In this document: positions 57,839 through 64,000 of the stretch, in pieces | Numbering within the stretch: the stretch's first letter is position 1 | How the letters are laid out: every line of letters begins with the position of its first letter | Assembly: GCA_965249725.1 (NCBI GenBank) | Contig: OZ252251.1 | Location: 160,001-224,000 of the forward strand | DNA from: Longimicrobiales bacterium | GTDB taxonomy: Bacteria; Gemmatimonadota; Gemmatimonadetes; Longimicrobiales; Gaopeijiaceae | Direction: 5' to 3' | Length of the DNA stretch: 64,000 nt | Notes under the pieces: generated by a model | The model's database searches: none | What the model was told of the DNA's origin: nothing | What the model saw: the letters and a program-made list of their open reading frames with translations, nothing else | Made by a program: the position numbers and the translations under genes

Positions 57839-59597
57839 GGACCGGGCGGAGGCACGCAGGACAGAAGCGCCACCCGCGCCTCACTTGGCCCCCACACCGG
57901 CACAGTTCCCTCACATGCGTACCGCAGTGCGGGCATCCCAGAGCGTCCGTCGGGATCTCCCCGTCACAGCGAGAGCAGGGCACCACGGCTCCGGGGTCGG
58001 TTTGAATCACACGAGCGACCTCATGCGGAGTGGTCAGGCCTTCTGAGACCTTCCGGCGCGCGTCTTCCGAGAGAGAGGCCATCCCGCTTTCCACGGCCAG
58101 GCGGCGGAGCGTTGCCGTCGAAGCTCCCCGAATGATCTCGTCACGCATGTAGTCGTTGACCGCGAGCACCTGGAAAACACCGGTTCGCCCCGAGTAGCCG
58201 TCGGGGCAGCGGCCGCACCCGTCGACCGGCCTTCCGCGGCAGGCGGTGCAGAGGGTGCGAACCAGTCGTTGAGCGACCACCCCGGTAAGCCCCCCCGCGA
58301 CGAGGTAGGGGGGGACGCCCATGTGGAGCAGCCGGGTGATGGCCCCCGGGGCGTCGGTAGTGTGAATGGTGGAAAGGACGAGATGACCGGTGACCGCCGC
58401 CGCCATCGCGATCTCCGCCGTTTCGCGGTCGCGGATCTCTCCGATCATCACTACGTCGGGGTCCTGACGCAGGATCGCTCGAAGGGCGGCCGGAAAGGTC
58501 ATGCCGGCCAACGGTCGGACCTGAACCTGGTTGACCCCGGGCACGCGGTACTCCACCGGATCCTCCACAGTGACCACGTTCAGACCCTCTTGATTGAGCT
58601 CCGCCAGGGCGGCGAAGAGGCTGCTGCTCTTCCCACTGCCCGTCGGGCCCGCCGCGAGGATCACGCCTTGGCCCGCCGCACCCAGTCTACGGATCAGCTT
58701 CAGGTCTCGGTGGGCGAATCCCAACGCGTCGAGATTCCGTGGGGCCTGCAGCGGGTCGAGGAGTCGGAGGACGATCTTCTCCCCTTCGACAGTGGGGAGG
58801 GTCGAGACCCGCACCCGTAACGACCCACCAGCATGTGCGAAGCCGAACCCCCCGTCCTGCGGTCGCCGTTTGACCGAGATGTCCATGCCCGAGATGACTT
58901 TGATGCGCGAGGCCACGGGACCGAGGCTCGATCCGGGCAGGCTGAGCGAGCGCCTGAGCAGACCGTCGACCCGCCAGCGCACGACGAGTTGCCCCCCGGA
59001 AGGCTCCAGGTGAATGTCGCTGGCACCGAGCGAGGCCGCCTGATGGAGGACGTGGTTCACCAAACGCACGACCGGAGCCGATTCCGCGGCCGCTTCTGTG
59101 GCCCCTGCTGTGACCGTTGCCACGGTCACGTCGACGTCTGGCAGGCCCTCGACGAGATCCGCGAGTTCCTCGCCGTAGGACGTACGAATGGCTTCGGCCA
59201 ACGCGGAAGGGGCGGCCACTACGGCCTCCACGTGACGGCCCGTGCTGAAGCGGGCTTCGTCCAACGTGACTCGGTCCAAGGGGTCGGAAATAGCCAGGCG
59301 CAGAGTGCGGTTGCCCGCCGACAGCGGTAGGACCTGATGCGCACGGGCGAAGGGGGCCGCGATGAGGTCGAGCGCCTCGCGGTCGGGGGTCAGAGGTCCT
59401 TCCGCGAATGGGAGCTTTAGCTGGTTGGCCAATGTTCGAGCGACGGCCACGTCGTCGACGTATCCCCGCGAGACGAGGATGTCCCCTAGGCGTCCACTCG
59501 TGCGGTCCTGCTCGGTGAGACCGGCCTCCAGATCGCGGGCGCTGAGGCTTCCCGAGTCCACGAGGAGCGTACCGAGTGGCGTGGGTCGTGTGGCCAT
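57810..59597 (-). CDS. GspE/PilB family secretion/pilus ATPase with an MshEN N-domain and C-terminal zinc ribbons
   Basis: ASDIHLEP, PQDG, GPTGSGKS, TVEDPVE, LRQDPDVVMIGEIRD, STIH. Confidence 0.92.
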   Translation of the reverse strand: MATRPTPLGTLLVDSGSLSARDLEAGLTEQDRTSGRLGDILVSRGYVDDVAVARTLANQLKLPFAEGPLTPDREALDLIAAPFARAHQVLPLSAGNRTLRLAISDPLDRVTLDEARFSTGRHVEAVVAAPSALAEAIRTSYGEELADLVEGLPDVDVTVATVTAGATEAAAESAPVVRLVNHVLHQAASLGASDIHLEPSGGQLVVRWRVDGLLRRSLSLPGSSLGPVASRIKVISGMDISVKRRPQDGGFGFAHAGGSLRVRVSTLPTVEGEKIVLRLLDPLQAPRNLDALGFAHRDLKLIRRLGAAGQGVILAAGPTGSGKSSSLFAALAELNQEGLNVVTVEDPVEYRVPGVNQVQVRPLAGMTFPAALRAILRQDPDVVMIGEIRDRETAEIAMAAAVTGHLVLSTIHTTDAPGAITRLLHMGVPPYLVAGGLTGVVAQRLVRTLCTACRGRPVDGCGRCPDGYSGRTGVFQVLAVNDYMRDEIIRGASTATLRRLAVESGMASLSEDARRKVSEGLTTPHEVARVIQTDPGAVVPCSRCDGEIPTDALGCPHCGTHVRELCRCGGQVRRGWRFCPACLRPVPALRRASAL

Positions 59598-59651
59598 GCC
59601 GGAGTGTGGCGCCCGGGGCGGGGCGTTCGAATGGCCGGTGCGGCCCTTGGG

Positions 59652-60544
59652 TCAGGAATCCAGCAGGTCCAAGACCAGGGGCGCCACGTCCAGAATGGAC
59701 GAGGGAGTCCTCTCCGCTTCGGCCGCCGGTCCGGCCAGCAGGCCCAGCACGGGGTTTCGCGTGTGGCCTCCGGTGAGGTCTTCGAGGTTTCCGTGGTCAC
59801 TGGCCACAACCAGCGAGTCCCCCTCAGGGAGGCCATCCACTACGGCGGACAGGAACTCATCGACCCTTTCGAGGGCCGCAACGGCCTCTTTGGCGCTTCC
59901 CTGGTGGCCGGCGTAGTCGGTGGTGTAATGGGCGTAGAAGGTGAGGTCGACGGATGCAGCGATCCGGGCCAGGTTGGCTCCGGCTTCACCCGGAGTGATC
60001 CGAGGCACCTCGTCGTGTCCCAATTTGTCCCTCCACCCTCCGTTTACGATCTCGCTCGAGACGGCATCGCCGGAAGCCAGTTCCGCAGCGTGCCGGTTCA
60101 GGAGGCCCGCGGCGTTGGCCGCCAGAGGTGGGGCGGCCGGGAACCGCGATCCGTGCCCCTCGAGGTACCCGTCCGGGTAGGCGTTGGCGAAGGCCGCGGA
60201 GTGGCCGGCCTCCAACGCCCGGCTGAGGACGTTCTTTTCGAGGAGAAGCGGGCGAAGGCGGACGGGCGCCCACGGACCGAAGTGACGCCCGAAAGCGGTG
60301 GCCGCGTTCTCGCCGGTCAGCAGGGCAATCTGGCCGGTGCCACTCTGTGGCGTTCCCGCGACGCCCAGGTTCGCATCCAAGGGGAGGGCCCGGGCCCGGG
60401 GACCCGTGACTTCAGGTTCGTCTAGGGTCGGTACCCGCCCAGCAGCCTCTCCAGGCCGGGCAGTTCTGCCTGAAGGAAGGGGTTGAGGTCGGGCTCCGAC
60501 GGTCCGATGCCGACCCCGTCGAGGAAGATGAAGAGGACGGACAC
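59652..60544 (-). pseudogene. Alkaline phosphatase-superfamily metalloenzyme (phosphoglycerate mutase-like), frameshifted
   Basis: N-terminal MSVLFIFLDGVGIG in one frame; PQSGTGQ, DYAGH, SDHGN, HTRNPV in another; one G missing at 60434-60436. Confidence 0.78.
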
Positions 60545-60550
60545 GCTGGG

Positions 60551-60736
60551 TCAGCGGGAACGTCGGAGGGCCTCGATCAAGCTCCGGGGCTGGTTGCGTT
60601 GCGGCGCTTCCGTGTTGAACAGGGAGCGCACAAGGGAATCGGGCCGGGAGAGATCGAAGGTCAGGAAAATGCCGAACAGGACGACGGCCAGGACAATCAG
60701 GACCCGCCCGACGTCTCTATTGCGTCCCGCCGACAC
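60551..60736 (-). CDS. Small single-TM hypothetical protein
   Basis: 61 aa with a hydrophobic helix, fills the gap between two co-directional genes. Confidence 0.5.
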   Translation of the reverse strand: MSAGRNRDVGRVLIVLAVVLFGIFLTFDLSRPDSLVRSLFNTEAPQRNQPRSLIEALRRSR

Positions 60737-60741
60737 GTCAT

Positions 60742-61338
60742 CTACACCAGAGTAGAAAGACCGCTCTCTTCAGGGGGAGTCACATCGACAGGCCGTACGT
60801 CCATGGTGACCTGCACGGCGACGTGGCCCATGTCTGCGCGGTCTCGCAGTGCGTCTCGAATCCTCGGCTCGACCTTCTTGTACGCAGCGACCACCCCGTC
60901 CCGGATCTCGAGGCGAAGCACCTTGAGCGCGTTGACGTCGGGGCGGCTCGTCTTGGTCTCCTTCTTGGCTTCCACGAGTCGCTCGGGGAAGATCTCGAAA
61001 GGAGCCATGCCCACGTCGTCGGGGCGGGGCGAGTCGATGTATTGAATCGCGATCGAGACATCTCCGCGGGCGTGATGGGTGGGAATGTCACCCACGGCGC
61101 GGAAGTGCGAAGCCAGCTTGCCGAGCTCCACGTTGGCGGCGGCCTTCGTGTAGGCGCTCTCGACGATGGCGAAAATCCGTCTCATCCGCTCGGGCGTGGT
61201 AGCATCGATGTCGGGAATCTCCGTCTGGAGCTCTCTCCCGATGGCGTGCCGATCCTGGCCTGCGTGACCCTCCTCTTCCCGGGTGCGCTGCCGATCGATG
61301 TTCTCCAGGATGCGATCAGGGTTCGTCCGAAGGCTCAT
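60742..61338 (-). CDS. Hypothetical protein
   Basis: GA-rich RBS before MSLRTNPD, 198 aa, no recognisable motif. Confidence 0.75.
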   Translation of the reverse strand: MSLRTNPDRILENIDRQRTREEEGHAGQDRHAIGRELQTEIPDIDATTPERMRRIFAIVESAYTKAAANVELGKLASHFRAVGDIPTHHARGDVSIAIQYIDSPRPDDVGMAPFEIFPERLVEAKKETKTSRPDVNALKVLRLEIRDGVVAAYKKVEPRIRDALRDRADMGHVAVQVTMDVRPVDVTPPEESGLSTLV

Positions 61339-61569
61339 CTTCTCTTCTCCATCATCACGGGCCTGCCCGTGGTACGTGTCTCTTGAGTCATCAACGATAA
61401 CCCGTGCGGTCGGCGGAGGCCAAGAGGACCCAAGTGACTCGGCCTTCACGAATTAGCGACTTTTCGAGAGACGAAGATTCCCTCGGCTCTGGTCGTAGAG
61501 TAGACTGATCGACGTGCAGCGATCCCTCGGCCGATCTGTTCGGGGGCCATACATCAAGAGGAGAAGTCG

Positions 61570-62409
61570 ATGCGAGTCAGAATGCTCCCGTTGGGTGGTG
61601 CGGCGTTGGTGGCCGCGTGTGGTGGAGGTGCGGCGCTAGGGGGCGGAGCCGACGTGATGACGTATGGGGTTCCCGGTGGCGGCCCGCTTTCCTACGCGCG
61701 GACCGATTCGATGAGCTTGACGATTCAGGCGCCGGGAATGGGATCCTTCACGACCCGTGTGGATCAGGACATGACGCTGGGTGTCGCCTTCGCGCCGTCG
61801 GCTCCCGGTGTGCGCGTGACGGCAACGGTGGAGCGGCTTGCGGCTCGAATGACGAATCCCATGGGCGCTCCGGCCACTTTGTCCGAGGCCGACGTCGAGG
61901 GCGAGTTCGTGTTCACCGTGGATGGCCGAGGGAACGCTGATTTGATCGACATTCCGGAGGTGTCGGGAGCCTCGGGGCCGATCTTCAATGCGACGTCGCT
62001 CGCTTATGATCTGCTGCCCAAACTGCCGCCGCGGGGGGCCGTCCCGGGGAGCAGTTGGGTGGATACCACGACCTATGCGGGCGTCGACGCTACCGGATCC
62101 ATCGAAGTCACCTGGGCGGGCACTTACACTCTGGTGGGCGATACGGTTGCGGACGGACGGCTTATGAAGCTCGTAAGAACGAGTGCCGAGGTCTCGATCG
62201 ACATCGAGGCGTCTGTGTCGGGGATGAGCTTGACGCAGGGCATGTCGGGACCTGAGACCGGCTTCTATCTGTGGGATCCCTCCCGGGGTGCTCTGTTCTT
62301 GCAGGTGCTGGACCGTGATCTGGAGGGCACGGTGAAGGTCGCTGCCGTGCCGTCACCGATGAAACTGACCGCGAAGCAGCGGAAGACCATGAAGATGGCC
62401 GGCGGTTGA
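61570..62409 (+). CDS. Hypothetical beta-rich lipoprotein
   Basis: GAGGAG RBS, lipobox LVAA-C. Confidence 0.72.
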   Translation: MRVRMLPLGGAALVAACGGGAALGGGADVMTYGVPGGGPLSYARTDSMSLTIQAPGMGSFTTRVDQDMTLGVAFAPSAPGVRVTATVERLAARMTNPMGAPATLSEADVEGEFVFTVDGRGNADLIDIPEVSGASGPIFNATSLAYDLLPKLPPRGAVPGSSWVDTTTYAGVDATGSIEVTWAGTYTLVGDTVADGRLMKLVRTSAEVSIDIEASVSGMSLTQGMSGPETGFYLWDPSRGALFLQVLDRDLEGTVKVAAVPSPMKLTAKQRKTMKMAGG

Positions 62410-62425
62410 GCGGCCCCGAGACCCT

Positions 62426-63115
62426 ATGAGCATGGACGAGACTCCAGAGGCGGCGGCGGCGTTTCCGGGTCTGCTCAACCGCTTTGTACAGGTCTTCGTG
62501 TCTCCGGGTGCCCTGTTCGATCGGCTCGTCGAGCGGCCCGTATGGGGCGGGGCCATGGCTCTGGGGGCTGGTTTGGTGTTGTTGGGTGTGGCCTTCTTGC
62601 CGCCCGAACTCTATCTGGCTGAGGTCCGGCAGAGCTTTCTCGAGAGGGGACAGCCCGTTCCGCCCGGCATCGACAACAGCGTGGGGCTCATCCGCTTCGG
62701 CGGCGCGGCGGCGGCGGTCGTCTCCTGGGGGGTCCTCATGGCGGCCTTCGCCGGCCTGGTTACGTTCGTGTTCGCGTTCATCATGGGTGACGAGGGCACC
62801 TACCGTCAGTATCTGGCCGTGTTGGTGCACGCCCAACTCATCGCCGCCGTGTCCGGTCTGGTCGTATTGCCCCTTAAGGTCATGGCCGGTGACCTCAGGT
62901 TGCTGCTCTCTCTCGGCACCTTCGCCTTCTTCTTGGAGGACGGTTACGTCTTTCGCTTTCTGAGCCTGCTGGACTTGTTCAGTCTTTGGGGCTGGATGGT
63001 GGTGGGGATCGGTGCGGCCAAGATCGGCCGCCGAGAGGCCTGGGTCCCGGCTGCATTAGGCCTGCTCGTCATTCCCGTCGGCCTAGCGGCGCTCATCGCG
63101 ATCTTCAACGGGTGA
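62426..63115 (+). CDS. YIP1 family membrane protein
   Basis: VFVSPGALFDRL..RP.W, about 5 TMs, LDLFSLW. Confidence 0.8.
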   Translation: MSMDETPEAAAAFPGLLNRFVQVFVSPGALFDRLVERPVWGGAMALGAGLVLLGVAFLPPELYLAEVRQSFLERGQPVPPGIDNSVGLIRFGGAAAAVVSWGVLMAAFAGLVTFVFAFIMGDEGTYRQYLAVLVHAQLIAAVSGLVVLPLKVMAGDLRLLLSLGTFAFFLEDGYVFRFLSLLDLFSLWGWMVVGIGAAKIGRREAWVPAALGLLVIPVGLAALIAIFNG

Positions 63116-64000
63116 CGGACGCTAGGCAGAGCTTGGCGCGCCGAGCCATCGTTGCCGTGGCGGCGGCGGCAGCACTCTTCCACCTCTACGCCGCCGGATT
63201 CTCTCCGTTCACCGCGCTCGTGCAACGACCGGTGCACCTGGCGTTTATGGCCGCTCTGGGATTCCTCGGGGTCGGCATCCGCTCCTCGGGAGCGTCCCGG
63301 GAGGGACGCCCGAGGCGACGGTTCCAGGCGGCGATCTCGTGGGTCTTGGGGACCACGGTCGTGGCCTCCTGTATCTATCTCGTCACGCAGCATGAAGTGC
63401 TCGTGCTGCGATCGGGTGCTCCCACGCCGGTGGATCTGATCGGGGGCATCGTGACCATCGTGGTCATCCTCGAGCTCGCCCGCCGCTTCAACGGGTGGGG
63501 GCTGGTCGCGGTCTGTGTGATGGCGTTGGTCTATGCCGTAACGGGGCCCTACCTGCCCGGCGTACTCGCCCACAGGGGATACGGCTTGACCCGTCTCGTG
63601 GAGCACCTCTACCTGTCCACGGAAGGGATCTGGGGGATTCCGCTGGGCGTCTCCGCCGATTTCGTCTACCTCTTCGTTCTCTTCGGGGCGGTGCTCGATG
63701 TGGCCGGTGGAGGAGTCCTGCTCATAAGCCTCGCCGACCGCGTCGCCGGGAATACCCGAGGTGGTCCCGCCAAGACGGCGGCCGTCGCGAGTGCCATCAT
63801 GGGGTCTCTGTCCGGGAGCGCCGTAGCCAACGTCGTGACCACGGGGACCTTCACCATTCCGCTCATGAAGCGCTCCGGCTTCAAGCCGTTCTTTGCCGGA
63901 GCGATCGAAGCGGCCGCCAGCACCGGAGGCCAGCTCATGCCTCCCATCATGGGGGCCGGAGCCTTCATTCTGGCCACTTGGACGAGCATTCCGTACACCA
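63112..64000 (+). CDS. TRAP transporter fused 4TM/12TM permease (truncated by window edge)
   Basis: Open frame from GTG 63112: FHLY..QRPVHL..GIWGIPLGVS..RGGPAK..SGSAVANVVTTG..EAAASTGGQLMPPIMGAGAF. Confidence 0.92.
   Translation, partial: MTDARQSLARRAIVAVAAAAALFHLYAAGFSPFTALVQRPVHLAFMAALGFLGVGIRSSGASREGRPRRRFQAAISWVLGTTVVASCIYLVTQHEVLVLRSGAPTPVDLIGGIVTIVVILELARRFNGWGLVAVCVMALVYAVTGPYLPGVLAHRGYGLTRLVEHLYLSTEGIWGIPLGVSADFVYLFVLFGAVLDVAGGGVLLISLADRVAGNTRGGPAKTAAVASAIMGSLSGSAVANVVTTGTFTIPLMKRSGFKPFFAGAIEAAASTGGQLMPPIMGAGAFILATWTSIPYT

Overview
GC-rich bacterial chromosome segment spanning the replication origin. Gene content and order suggest Gemmatimonadota (inference, not verified). It contains dnaN-oriC-dnaA, rpmH-rnpA-yidD-yidC-mnmE-acyP-mnmG, a blaI-M56/TonB-serine hydrolase module, two parS sites, parA-parB-M23-bactofilin, lipA-pdhABC...lpdA, ispH, two HisC-like aminotransferases with twin-Arg N-termini, glcDEF, an M20/GNAT/OSBS-NSAR set, an orphan PilB/GspE ATPase and a truncated TRAP permease. 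I saw no rRNA, tRNA, CRISPR array or mobile element, and most of the window is housekeeping. The most novel-looking signal is a candidate gene-within-a-gene in the M56 (BlaR1-like) gene: an internal AGGAGG Shine-Dalgarno plus ATG would make a separate lipoprotein TonB-C domain, under a promoter bracketed by two palindromic operators. Also notable are a clear DnaA-trio/tandem-box unwinding element at oriC, a second DnaA-box cluster, four phased MarR operators, and repeated unrelated 12-bp tandem duplications at gene ends. Three genes are disrupted (LOG deletion, alpha/beta hydrolase, metalloenzyme), possibly by sequencing errors. All calls come from reading the sequence; no database searches were run.
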